Made by a program: the position numbers and the translations under genes. 64,000 nucleotides of DNA, taken from Amoeboaphelidium protococcarum X5 (lineage: Eukaryota; Fungi; Aphelidiomycota). The notes under the pieces were generated by a model, which was not told the origin of the DNA, made no database searches, and saw nothing but the letters and a program-made list of their open reading frames with translations. Shown piece by piece: positions 13,834 through 25,987 of this stretch (position 1 is its first letter; each line of letters opens with the position of its first letter). The DNA is taken from NCBI GenBank assembly GCA_023515725.1, contig JALDTO010000212.1, positions 235,812-299,811 on the forward strand, in the 5' to 3' direction.

Positions 13834-14520
13834 TCATAAAATTATACATCCACTCGCACTACTGATGGCCTTCTTTTTAAAAGACTCTCTACGCTTACGC
13901 GGTTATTATTACTCCTCTTCATCTGGTGTGGACGTTGTTGATGATGATGATTAACTTTCACCCAGAGAGGAAGATGATACATTATTATTATCAGTTTTCG
14001 GAACCTCTAGCTATTGAACCACTGGAGTTGGCTGTACCTCGACTGCTGCTGGTGGTGTTACAGACTCTGAAGATGCCCCAAGGCCTTCATCTTCTGGCTA
14101 TAATTTCGTAGTCTCCTTCTTCTCCACTGGAACAACTAGAGGGGTCGCCACTTGCTATGGCTATTCCGATACTGCAGGTGCACATTGAACAGGGCGCTGA
14201 ATGTACAATACATGGTTCACATTACCAGCATCATCAGTCAGAGTCAATTTATCAGCATCAGCGTCATTTAGCACCCACTCTCCATCCACAATGAATTTGT
14301 ATTGTACCTCGATAGGTTCCGGTGCTTCTTAACTATCACTTGGAGACTGCTTTATAGAATCCACCTTAATCGGGTACTCATATACAGCACCGGGTTCACT
14401 CGTCACCAAATCCATAACATGCTCCTCCTTCCATTCATCAAAAGAGCCTTTCACTCTCACTTCGCTTGGATTCTCACCATCGCGGCAGACATATGTGATC
14501 ACCTGCATCATTTCTGACAT
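13834..14520 (-). CDS. CBM48/AMPK-beta-type glycogen-binding domain protein with polybasic tail and CaaX (CIIL)
   Basis: VRVKGSFDEW...QYKFIVDGEW...DDAGNVNHVL, then a low-complexity linker. Ends PRKRRESFKKKAISSASGCIIL-TGA. Confidence 0.8.
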
Positions 14521-14752
14521 TTTTATATAGCTTGTATTTTAACTACTACTACCACTACTACAGTGATTGTCTATTAGTAATAAATAATTCACGCTCGAGT
14601 CGAAATGAGAAAATAAAGAACCGATTAACGCGCGAAGGCCAAGCGAACAACAGAAGACGCCAACAGGACGTATCGCATCAACGCTATAAAAATTAAAAAT
14701 TAAATATATAATGGGTAAAATTAAAGATATTAGAGTGATAGTGTATATTTAC

Positions 14753-15748
14753 TCAAGCGGCGTGAACCTCCTCAGGCTTGTTCACTTCCTCACTCTTGAT
14801 GATGACATCGTGACCAGAGTCATCAGCCTTTGGCTCCAGAATGGTTACAGCATCAGGCAGAGCATGCTTAGGACCAACCTTTCCAAGAGGATCCCAGTCC
14901 AACATGATCTTCACTTTGATACCCAGGACACCCTGTCTCATAAGCACGTGTCTGGTGGCACTATCAATAAAATCTCTCTTTGGCTGACCAGAGTGGATCA
15001 TGAAGCCATCGGTAAACTTCATAGACTTGGCACGAGCGGCACGCAATTTACCACTCACCACCACCTCAACACCCTTGGCGCCGGATTCCATGACGAAGCG
15101 GACGACACCGTAACATGCACGACGCAGCACCAGACCACCCAGAAGCTTGTAGCGCAAAGATTCACACTGAGCGGCAGCACATAGACCACGGTTATTCACC
15201 TTCTCAGCGAACAACTCCACAGTACCATCAGCAAAGCGGAAACGCTTCTATACTAGCATGGTGAGCTCACGGATACGGCGACCCTTCTCACCCAGCACCT
15301 TCATGGTACGAGTGGCGCGGATAACGATCTCAGTACGTGCAGGAGTGACACGCACCTCAACACCAGCATAACCATCCTCAGCCAGCTCACGCTACAGCAA
15401 TTCATTCAACTCGGCGTAGAACACACCATCAGCGACAAACTACACGAAAATTTAGTTAAATAAATCCGCTTCATTGATTGTTATCAAGGAGTGTATAATA
15501 AATCGACGAATTGCATTCAATTAAATGTTGACGCGTCAGATCCCAGTATAAGTCGGGCGAACCACGATCATCACATCAGCCATAACACATTGAGGTATTA
15601 TAGCTGATGCTCAATCAAGAGGTGTCAGAAAATAGTTGTTATCATCGCTCGCTGTCAGCATAAATCCTCATTATTCATACACTCCCCTTCACAATATATA
15701 TATTTAAAATCTTACTTTACGCTTCTTGCTCATCTACTAAGTAGCCAT
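14753..15748 (-). CDS. RPS3: 40S ribosomal protein S3 (uS3); intron 15440..15715
   Basis: MATQQMSKKRK / [13 protein letters not shown]...[45 protein letters not shown] donor and GTAG acceptor. Confidence 0.97.
15529..15657 (-). ncRNA. Candidate intronic box C/D snoRNA in the RPS3 intron
   Basis: On the minus strand: C-like ATGATA, D' CTGA, internal hairpin CATCAGC...GCTGATG, C' GTGATGA and D CTGA. Terminal stem TGAC(A)GCG/CGCGTCA and outer stem GGAGTGTAT/ATACACTCC. The intron is 276 nt versus about 50-75 nt for the others here. Confidence 0.6.
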
Positions 15749-16010
15749 TTTATATATACTATTTACTAACTTGCTGTTAATTGCAGTGTATTTTGTTCTA
15801 GTTGTGTTAAAGCTACCGTCCAGATTGACGCGAAAACTGATTTCTTTCGATTCTTGGACGAACCGACCTTAGCGCGTCTCTTCCCGACCTGAGGCGCGTC
15901 GTAATGCGTGGCGATAATTGGCGAGAGAAAGTAAAGTCACAAGTAGTAGTAGTAGTAGTAGTAGTAGAAAATATATTAACAATGTTTTGTTTCATTATAG
16001 AGTTGGGGTA

Positions 16011-17036
16011 TCATAGAGACTTTTCATATTCATGCAGCTGATAGACGAGATTGAGATTAGGACTTATAGAGGGAGATTTCCGCTTGACGTGATCATAGGC
16101 TTGATTGAAGGTCCACTTATTCTAATGCATCATATAGGCAATCATCAATGCAGCACTTCGACTAAGGCCTTGCTTACAATGTATGAGCACACTTGATCCA
16201 TCTCTTTTCGACTGATCAATGAACGCAAATGCCTGCTAAAAGTATTACGCCACATCTTCTTGATTATGTGTCCACTTCAGATGCATGTAACTTATCGGAA
16301 CATCGACTTTTGAAGATTTATCACCTGTTTATATTGTGAGATTATGTAATTCGGAAGCAGTCTGTGTTATTGGACTTTACAACCTCTCAGATGACTACTC
16401 TTGAACAGCATCACTTTATTTACCCTTCTTACCAGTAATCACTTGCGCGCCACCTACTTGATCAGTATGATTGTGTAGATTCATCACATTGTACATTGGG
16501 GAGGAGGGATAATCTTTATGACTTCCGGCACTTTTTTCGGTACCAGAAGATGATTTCTACTGCTGAGGGATAAAGTGATTCTTGCACTCAATACCAACAT
16601 TAATAATGTGCCTGATATTGTAACTTTCTAGGATATCGGCATCACGGGCATTCATCTCTGAGCCCAGGTACACTCCATCAGTGATCTCAATAGGTCCATC
16701 TTGATAAGGGACCTGTGTTGCAGCAAAATTGGCGTCTGTCACAGCAGCAGATGAACCACCAGGAGAGGAGAAGGCACTTTTAATGTAATTATTACCAACA
16801 TCGAACAGATAGTCTCTTGAGCTACTACCACATCGCGGACTTGACTGAGCAGACTGCATTGTTAGCGGAGTGTTGCCACGATTTTCACTAACATCTCCAT
16901 TCAGAATCTCTATTCTACCCTTAATTTAAGACAACTTTTTAGATGGAGAAATCGGACTATTACCAGCTGAGTGATTAACAGAAGGCGCTTGTGATAGATT
17001 CAATCTCAAATTAGGTTTCTTCTTTGCAAGGCTCAT
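16011..17036 (-). CDS. Dual-specificity protein phosphatase (MAP kinase phosphatase-like)
   Basis: PYQDGPIEITDGVYLGSE, catalytic LIHCKQGLSRSAALMIAYMM, and AYDHVKRKSPSISPNLNLVYQL. Basic docking-like N-terminus KKKPNLRLNL. Confidence 0.9.
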
Positions 17037-17037
17037 C

Positions 17038-17077
<40 letters not shown>
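17038..17077 (-). repeat. (TAA)n microsatellite directly upstream of and in frame with the phosphatase ATG
   Basis: Uninterrupted TAT/TTA trinucleotide run on the + strand. Confidence 0.85.
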
Positions 17078-17383
17078 GAGCTTTATATATAACTCTGAGA
17101 GTGATTCTAAGGATCTAAATATTTATATATACAAATACCGATAAGTATACACGCGTGATATTAAGTAAAAAAAGATATAGTGTTGATGATGATGGTATTT
17201 CAATAAAGAGAGTGAATCTGGCGGTACTTTGAACAGTTTCGATCAAGATTTTAAAGCTGATTGGCGCCGCTGTTACTAATTTTGGAACTTTGTGATATCA
17301 TCAACTGATTACAATTGGACTGTTTAAAATAAAAGCAAAACAAATGATGATTATAATAACAGTAAAAAGGGAGTGGTCAATAT

Positions 17384-18643
17384 TCAAATCTATTCAGTGA
17401 CAGTCAACAGTTTTCGCATCTCTTCATTGATGATCTTCAGCTTGTGACTTAGACCAGGGATGGATGAGGATGTCAATGCCATTGGATATCGACACGCAAT
17501 TTGCTTCTTAATCAGACGCGCACAATCACTTTGATCAAGTTAATTAGAGCAAGTGAACATTTTCAGCATCAGTTAAAGCAGTATCACCATCGCATCCACA
17601 ACTTCAATGTCATTCTTCTTTTTTTTACCAGTGCGCGGATCATCTATTCTATGAACGCAATCATTCCATAACTCTAAAAGTATTTTGAACAGCTACGGCT
17701 CCATATAACACGGCTACTTGTTATTCACTAGTATATCAAGCCTTTACATGACTCCAGGACTATATTTACATAACAACTAAACTGGGCGGATTATCTCATT
17801 AACGGTGGTAGAGTCAGAGAATTACATTTCACATTATGTATATCCAACATTCATAGTCGACTTGTATTTCAATTCCAGCAGACTTTTTATTACATTCAAC
17901 ACTGTAAGTTTGGAGCGCGACCAATTCAATTTACTACTAGGCACCATAGATATGCTAGATTTCTAATCATAAAAAGTAGCATCCGTTCGCTGTGATAACA
18001 ACTAAAGAACACTCTATATCATACCATCCACCTCGCTAAAAAACATTTACTAATAATTATAGAGGTATAAATGCAGCAACTTGAGAGAATCCACGCGTAC
18101 ACCATCATCATTGTGACTGAGTGCAGATTTCAAGTGGACAATGATAACGTCTCTGAATGGCTGCAATTACTCGACAGTCACCAGATTCAATGCACTAATC
18201 ATCTCTAAATATTTCATAAGAACCTAGCGAAGATCTTGATCAGTGTCAAGCATAAATCTGAGTACAGGCACAATTAGCAAAAACACAATATCACTCTCTG
18301 CGCTCAGAATGGATTCATGCTGCTCTTGTACCAAATCTTTTAAATTCTAAATCGCGTCTTTCCGCACCTGAGCACTGGGATGCTTGAATTTAGTCGTGAT
18401 ATCCTTCACAGTGAGACCTTTACTGCTTTACAAATCACAGATATCGTTCTAATCTTCCGGGCGGCGTCGTTTCTTTGCCTAATCCAGCACCATTTATTAT
18501 TACACCGGCACATAGATCTGCTTACTCTTCACATCAGTCTTGGTATGTGACGCGTCGGTAGTCAATCGCTTTCCCAATTTCAGTTTAGTCTTTTAAAAGT
18601 CTGCATTCTTTTACTGCTTCTTTTTCTTACTAGCCTTGGGCAT
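17384..18643 (-). CDS. IPI1: Ipi1/TEX10 (Rix1 complex) pre-60S factor
   Basis: MPKASKKKKQQKNADFQKTKLKLGK...HTKTDVKSKQIYVP and FKHPSAQVRKDAI are typical Ipi1_N motifs. Confidence 0.8.
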
Positions 18644-18937
18644 ACTTTAATATTTTGTTTGTTTATGCTTTAACAGACAGTGTTTCTCGCTGAGATCAAT
18701 ATAAAAATATTTTGACAATTTCTCATCCAACGAAAGATAAGCTCTTGAGAGATTCGAGCATCGTCAGATCGCTCCTCTTTAAATCGTTTCCTGTTCAATC
18801 ACGCGCGCTCTTTCTTTCAAGTCTTGTGAGTTTTGCTTTGTTACAGCGATATCTTAACTTCTCTCAGTACTAGTTCCGTAGAGACGTTTATAAGAGGCTT
18901 TATAAGACTTTTATCCAAGCCTTGAGTAGACTATATA

Positions 18938-21385
18938 ATGAGTGACAGTAATAATAAAAAGTTTTAGTTGTCTCAGAATATCCTGGCTCATGAAAGTGAT
19001 GTAAGTTGTATTACTAGCTATAAAGTTCAAGTTGTTATAAATATTTAAATGATTCGAATTGTGTAGGTGAGAGCCGTGTGTGTTGTCAGTGATAGTATGA
19101 TTGCCTCCGCCTCGAGAGACAAGACTGTGAAGCTGTGGGTTCTGAAGGACAAGCAGTTTGAAGTTAAGGCTACATTTACTGGTCACTAGCACTTTGTGAA
19201 TAGTTTAGCTTATATGAAAGATGCTGGTGAACATTATCCAAACGGTGTGATTCTCAGTGGTTCCATGGACAAGACTATTTGCGTGTGGAATGTGGACGCT
19301 GAAGGCACAGTGTCTGAGCCTGACTACTAACTAGTTGGCCACTCAGACTGCGTGTGTACTCTTGGTGTTTTGGACCAGGTTGTGGTCTCTGGTTCATGGG
19401 ACAAGTCGGTGAAAGTGTGGAAGGATTGGACTTGTGTGGAGACACTGAAAGGTCACGAATAGGCTGTGTGGTGTGTAAAGTTTACATCGGATGGTAATAT
19501 ACTGACTGCCTGTGCGGATAAGTAGATTCGTCTATTCAAGCTGGGCAAGTGTATAAAGACTTTCTCTGGTCATTCAGATGTTGTTCGATCTTTGACTATT
19601 CCCCTTAATTAGAAAGTGCTTCGTTACTTTTACTCCGCCAGCAATGATTGTTCATTGAAGAAGTGGGATTTCGTAAGTGGAGTTGATGAGAAGGAGTTAC
19701 ATGGTCATAACGCTTTCGTGTATGGAGTGGACTCTTTTGAAGATGGTACAGTGGTCAGCTGTGGTGAAGACAAGTCAGCCAGAGTGTGGTAGAATGACGC
19801 CAATGTGCAGACTATTATACATCCAACGCAGTCTGTGTGGTGTATAGCTACTCTGGCAAATGGCGATTTCATAACAGGTGGCAATGATGGCTTTCTGAGA
19901 ATCTTTACCAGAAGTGAAGCAAGGGTTGCCGCCGCAGATGTCTTGTAATAATACGATGCTGCTGTGAGTAAGTCTACGGTACACTCTAATTAAGTGGGTG
20001 ATGTGGACAAGAGCAAATTGCCTGGCCCTGAGCGCTTGCATCAAGTCGGGAAGAAGGATGGAGAGGTGGTTATGGTCAAGTAGTCCAATGGCGCTGTTGA
20101 GGCTCATCAGTGGTCGAATGCTCAGAATCAGTGGACTAAAATTGGCGATGTTGTAGATGCCGTAGGCAGTGGTGGCTCTGGGCGAAAGTAAATGTACAAT
20201 GGCAAGGAGTATGATTTTGTGTTTGATGTTGATGTTGGAGCCGGAATGCCTACTCTGAAATTGCCGTACAATACTGTGGATAATCCGTACAATGCTGCTT
20301 AATAGTTCATCTCTGATAATGAACTCTCCCAGGACTTCTTGGAGCAAGTTGCTCAGTTCATCATGTAGAATGCCAAAACATAAGTAATTGGTCAAGAGTC
20401 ATCTGCTCCTGTCTCATCAGATCCTTATCACAGTGCTAGATATGTTCCTGGTGCTGCTAATTAATAGCTGTAGGATCAATAAATTAATAAGAATTTTGAT
20501 CCTTACACTGGCGCATAATCTGGATAGAGCGTTCTATCGCCGGTGCAAAAGATTTTACCGCTAGCATCTGATGGGTATTTGAAGTTTGAAGGTGGGAATC
20601 TGGCTGCAATTTAGAAAAAGATTGATGAATTTGACTCTGCGCTCAAGATTGCCACTCCCTCTGATAAAAAGGTTATCTAGAGGATTGCGATATATTGCAC
20701 TAATCCTCATGCGGCATCTGCAGATATTCAAGCATCTGATATAAAAGTATTGTCAGAATTGATTGAAAAGTTCCCGCAGGAGCAGAGATTTCCGCTGATC
20801 GATTTGCTGAGACTTGTCATAAGTCATACTGATTTGCCACTGACTCAGAGTGGAATCGACCTGTTTGAGTATTTGATTGTGAAAGGAGAACTGCAGAATG
20901 TCGCCAGTGGCAAAGATGCTAATTAGATTGTGGCATTGAGAGCGTTGAGTAATATGTTGGCAATTTCAGATAAGGCTCGCATCTAGCTTATTCCACGACG
21001 TGTCGAATACTTGTAATAACTACCAAGCGGTCTTTGCATGAAAGGAAACAAGAATGTGGCCACAGCGTATGTGACTCTGCTTCTGAACTGGTCCATTGCG
21101 ATGACTTACCACGTGAAAGATGCTGAATTTGCTCTCCAATTACTTCAAATCCTGGTGTAATTTTTACAATATTGCAAGGATAATAAATCTGGCGTGGATA
21201 ATGAGTCTATATATCGCGCGATTGTTGCAATCGGTCAGATCTTGTACAAGTATGGACGTGACTTGAAGGAAGCATTGTCTGCTCTGGCCGTTCATCAAGT
21301 GCTGGGTGCTTTCAACTCTATCCCTGAATAGCGCATGCACTCCATAATCAAGGAACTGTGTGATATTGAAAACAGAATAAAGTGA
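18938..21385 (+). CDS. DOA1: Doa1/Ufd3/PLAA (WD40-PFU-PUL); intron 19001..19066
   Basis: WD40 repeats (SASRDKTVKLW, SGSWDKSVKVW). PFU YNGKEYDFVFDVDVGAGMPTLKLPYN..NPYNAAQQF. PUL RFPLIDLLRL. TGA 21383-21385. Confidence 0.93.
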
Positions 21386-21727
21386 ATTGCGTTCATTTAT
21401 TTTTATAAATGGTCTTTACAGTACATGTTACTACCAGGAGTTGTGCAAGTTTGGTATGTGACCCAGTGCCGCTTGAACATTTCCCCGAAATGAGACAGAG
21501 AGGGCGAGCGAGACTGGGAGAGAATTTCTTCGCCCGCGTTTTGGTTTCATCGATTTCAAACAAATCGCATTCATCGTGCCTTGCCGAGCCGGTTCCCTCC
21601 TTCTTCTAATTGTTATTTATTTTGAATTGGAAGAATTTCCTTTCGGTGCTATCCCCTCTCCTTTTTGAAGTGTGTGTACTCTATTCTCTGTAGTCTCTGT
21701 TTTTTGGGCTCGAATTGGTGGGTGGAC

Positions 21728-22253
21728 ATGAGTGTGTAAAAGGTGCCTGTATTGGTAGGATTTATATTGAGTATTGGTGTCATTTCTAAATTTCATAATT
21801 CTTAATTGTGTGATACACTGAGTGTAGTTTAATTGGAAGCATGGTGGCAATAATGTTGTATTGACGGGATCTTTTGATAATTGGAAGCAGTCTATTTAAA
21901 TGGTAAAGACTCCCAAAGCTCAAGATGAATATTCTGTTGTGTTGCAGCTGAATCCGTATGAGAAGCATTCGTTCAAATTTGTCGTGGACGGCATTTGGAG
22001 ATGTTCAATGGAATGTCCAACCGAGACTGACTAGAACGGAAATGTTAATAATTGGAGAAGGCCTGTGGATGAGTAAGAGTATGCGTACTTGAAGAACAGA
22101 TTGCAGTAGGAGAACAAGGGAAAGAGTGGTGGTGGAAGTGCTACAGATATGAAGATGCCCAATGGTCACAATAATGTTCCTCAAACTCAGACACATGTGA
22201 ATGCGGCAAGTATGAAGAAGGCCAAGTCTAAGGAATTGAAAGCTGTATTTTGA
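21728..22253 (+). CDS. Stand-alone CBM48/AMPK-beta-type glycogen-binding domain protein; intron 21755..21827
   Basis: VPVL/FNWKHGGNNVVLTGSFDNW...FKFVVDGIWRCS...TETDQNGNVNNW. No AMPK-beta C-terminal domain. TGA 22251-22253. Confidence 0.8.
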
Positions 22254-22656
22254 CATTGCATTAGATGCTGAAGTATTTTTTGTATAATCTTATGAAAATT
22301 CCGTTTCGTATTGATTTTATACCAATGCTATTGCCTCCATGGTTCTGAACCAACTCATTCGATTCGAGTTTTATGTTCGTTCTCCTAATTTTTCATCGCG
22401 TTGACTTTATGCTTGGCATTGCAAATAGAGCTATAGTTACAACATCTTTAAGATAATGTTGACCACTGTTAAAATCAATAAAGCACCAGGCCGGATATTA
22501 TTCCGATTTTCGGATTCTTTACGGGGCGAACAGATGGCCGATCATCACGATCGCGATTAAGGTCCTCGGCACGTTTTCCCACGGATATACTGTACTTGCA
22601 TAAAAAAATTGATAAATTATCGAGATTTGACTTGGTAACCCAAATCAGCATCCGAT

Positions 22657-23616
22657 ATGTCCATGTTTTAGTCTAGGTTAATATGTATTGCTGTTGCTGT
22701 TTTAAGTTGGGCCAACCATTCGCTGTCGTCGCCTGTAATCTAATCTTCTGCTGAGCTTGATGTCAGGAATCTAGATCGTAATTCTGTGTTTGCACCTGTC
22801 GATGAACAGGATTTAGGAGCCTTGCAAAGCATAGCTCAGGTTAATGAATGTCCTATCTGTTCTTATGACTTCTACGAGGATTAAATGCTCACTCCGTGCT
22901 GCCAGTCTGTGTGCTCATAATGCGCAACTAAGCTGGCCAAGATGAATGAACTATGCGATTTTTGTAGAAAACCGCGTAATTCGCAATCGGAATTATCTGT
23001 AATCACGCAAACTTTAGATGAGGTGCAAAATGTTCTGGATTGGTGCCGTGATATTCTGTAAAAAGATTCTGATAATTACGCTCCGGATTTGACTTGGCTC
23101 AATTTGTATCTGGCGGTGAGGTTTAAACTTACAGCTGCTTCTAAAAATTTGCAGTCTTTAGATGCTTCTAGAATCGTCAACCTTCCCGGAAGGGATCTGG
23201 GAGAAGAATTTGATTATCTACCATTCACTATCACTAACACTGGTTCTGCTCTTCACTAATCACTAAAGAAGTTTAGACAGGCTCTCCATAGGCTTAAAGT
23301 TCAAGAAAGCGTTGTGATTAGCGACACCCGTTTAGAGTAGGCTATCGACTAGATCAAATCTAGTGAGTTGCCGTTATCTCAACGACGGAGATGGTTGAAG
23401 AATTATTTCTCCTATGAAATGATAGATTAGAAAATCATCATGTCTGGGCTATTTGTGGAACTTTCGAAAGCTTTTGAAGAGTGTAAAAAGGTCCTCATTG
23501 ATAGACACAAGTTACGCTTGGACCGTCAGGCATAATTAGCACGAAGTAATGGTTACTTGAAATTTAGTCCTTTGTTTGATCCGGGCGTGTATTTTGATTA
23601 GGTTCGCGAAGACTGA
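22657..23616 (+). CDS. Signal peptide + RING-type zinc finger + unknown helical domain (paralog 1, 319 aa)
   Basis: Signal-like MSMFQSRLICIAVAVLSWANHSLS/SPV. RING-like ECPICSYDFYEDQMLTPCCQSVCSQC...CDFCRKP. Frame checked codon by codon to TGA 23614-23616. Confidence 0.8.
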
Positions 23617-24272
23617 TTTGATTTATGGGGCATTTAAGTATTTTATTACAGTATTTTATACATAACATAACACTCTCATCAGAGCAATTTTCAATTCAGA
23701 TGTTCGTCATAATACATGATGGGCAGCATGCTACTGGAGTACACTGAAAAGTAATGCTCAATCTCGATACTTAAAAAGCAAAGTTTTATCTCTGTCTTAT
23801 GACGACTAAAACAATGTACAGTTGGCGCCAGTTTTCCTGCAATGCGCAATGGGCCAGTGGCATAACTAGCTTTAGAATGAAGGTACGCAATAAATTTACT
23901 CTTAAAATAACTTTCCCACGCTCACTCTATTCTCTCCGATAAATTCTCACACTTGACAATTATATAAATGCTGCACGCTTCGCTCGCTTCATTTGCTCAT
24001 TGTCACGCGCCGATGTTTCATCTAAGTTTACCCATCTTTAGGTATTTGTAATATAAACACAATTAGTTTAAGAGATAAAGTTAGGTTGTAAAGTACCAAA
24101 CGTGATGACAGGTTGGGGATATTTAATCATTTCATCCTTACTAAATGCCGAACAGTTATGCTTTCAACACTATTATGCTAGACAGTTACCATGGAAAGGC
24201 TTAGAAGGATCCCGTAATATAAATGAAATTAACCATTTTCCAATTAAACACCGTAGATTATAACGACACTAT

Positions 24273-24446
24273 TGTTGGGGGTGATGTTCAGAACGTCTGC
24301 CCCTGAATCGAGTTTGAAAAAGTTTTTACAAGGATCAAAGACGCCACCCACACTCATTGACTTTTGATCCTTGAATGATAGACAAAAGGCACACGGCATA
24401 TACAATTAACAATTTACTGTTTCGCTTTATTTGATTTAGTTCAACA
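24273..24446. mobile_element. Putative solo LTR (174 bp)
   Basis: Begins TGTTG and ends CAACA. Flanked on both sides by CTAT (4-bp target-site duplication). Confidence 0.5.
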
Positions 24447-25333
24447 CTATACTTGATCATATGGAGTAAAGATTCGAATCCTAGGTTCTAAAAGCTTTTT
24501 GATAGATCCAAAAATTATAGAGGTTCGATTCAGACTTAAGGATTGATTTTGAGATTATATCAGAATAGTATGATCTAAGTTAATGCAATTTGATAGATGA
24601 AATGATATGGTATAGGTTAATGTCGCTGTGGCTCAGATAACTCTGGAGTGCAATGTAGTTATTCTCTAAAACTAATTATAGTATTCGAGCATAATTTGAT
24701 TCGTGAATCGTCCCATTCGACTTTGATTATACTGCTCAGTAAGATGAACAATGACCTTATGGAAATGATAGACGCAGACGCTGCTAAGGAAGCTTTTATT
24801 GAGAAGTCAGAGAGAAGATTACCTAGATAGAGAAAAATGATGAGACATGATGAAAATATATGTTTAAATTCTAAAATTTCTCTCTCATCTCGGCATTGGT
24901 ACGCACATCGAAGAGTCATCTCAAAAATTTGAGTACCGCTAGATACGCCACTGATGCAGAGTATTTTGACGCTTGACCGGTCCAGCCTGTGAGCTAAACT
25001 AGACCGGCTCGGATTTCGGTCAGCAGTCTGAGACCAAGGTTAGACCGCTCAGACCGTGCGGAGCCCTACTTCCGCGTAGGCTCGCTGATGAAGACTGACG
25101 ACTGTCGTCGTCGCTAGTTATGTATTCGCCTTGTCCAAATAAATATAAATGTGGAAGCTGTTTCGCCCAAACCCTCAATTCAGTCTGAAGTTCTAACTGA
25201 GCTCTGTCCAAAGGATGAGATGGATACTTTTGCACCGTTGGATACTTATTTCAGCAACTTAAAGCTGAACCACTTTTTCAACACAGATTTGGACAAGTTG
25301 GCGGAGAACGTGCCTTAAAATCATCGTCTTTTA

Positions 25334-25987
25334 ATGACTATCTTTGTAGAAAACTATATGCGCCCGTACATCGAACAGCATCAAGGATTATTGGCTGGTG
25401 AGCATAATACAGGCGCAACGAATGGTATTGATTGCTCTGATGGTATCTTTAATGCCCGTGGCTGTCTTGTTTCTTCTATTTACGAAGTTGACAAAATCTC
25501 TGGGCGAATCAATATTAGATAGCTGCAAAATAAGGACTTCTTAGAACAATTGACGGGTAAAAGTGGTGGATTTTCAAGATTGGATTTCTCGAAGAACGAG
25601 CTATAATCCGCCGACTTGGAGATCATTTAAAGCATTATCACTCAATTAAACTCATAGGGCAAGATCAAGCAGATCTGCCAGATTATTCTGGAGAATAATC
25701 GAATTCATGGTTTAGGCGAGTACAAGGAGATGGTTCCTCGTATACTTCGCGAATTGGCTGATCTGCCGTAAATTTCGTACATCAACATCAATAATAATCC
25801 ATTTTGCACAGTTGATCGGTTGGATTTCTGGCGGAGCTTGCTTGTTAATGACATACTGACGAGTAAAGTTGTCTGGATCAATCAGTATTTCCTGAATTCA
25901 AATGGCTGGAAAAACTTGGTCTTTGATGAACTAGTGAGCCAAAAAATGAGAAACGTCCATCGAGATTATTACGCTAATTGCAATTGA
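25334..25987 (+). CDS. Intronless LRR-like hypothetical protein (217 aa)
   Basis: Three LRR-like units RLDFSKNELQSADL, QIILENNRIHG and YININNNPF, then KVVWI...W...VHRDYY. ATG to TGA with TAR=Gln. Confidence 0.6.

Noticed and set aside
14711-15184. 157-aa plus-strand ORF, and similar antisense ORFs over Sec7, PP2A-A, Krr1, Doa1 and Chd1
   Set aside because: Antisense shadows of well-supported genes, with no motifs of their own.
14620-15900. ACGCG/CGCGAAA (MCB/SCB-like) motifs in several intergenic regions
   Set aside because: Short motifs whose enrichment cannot be shown without genome-wide statistics.
24470-24535. T-loop-like GATTCGAATCC and GGTTCGATTC
   Set aside because: No cloverleaf stems or A-box, so not called as tRNA.
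25084-25118. CTGATGA followed by a hairpin, as in a hammerhead ribozyme
   Set aside because: The required GAAA core after stem II is missing.
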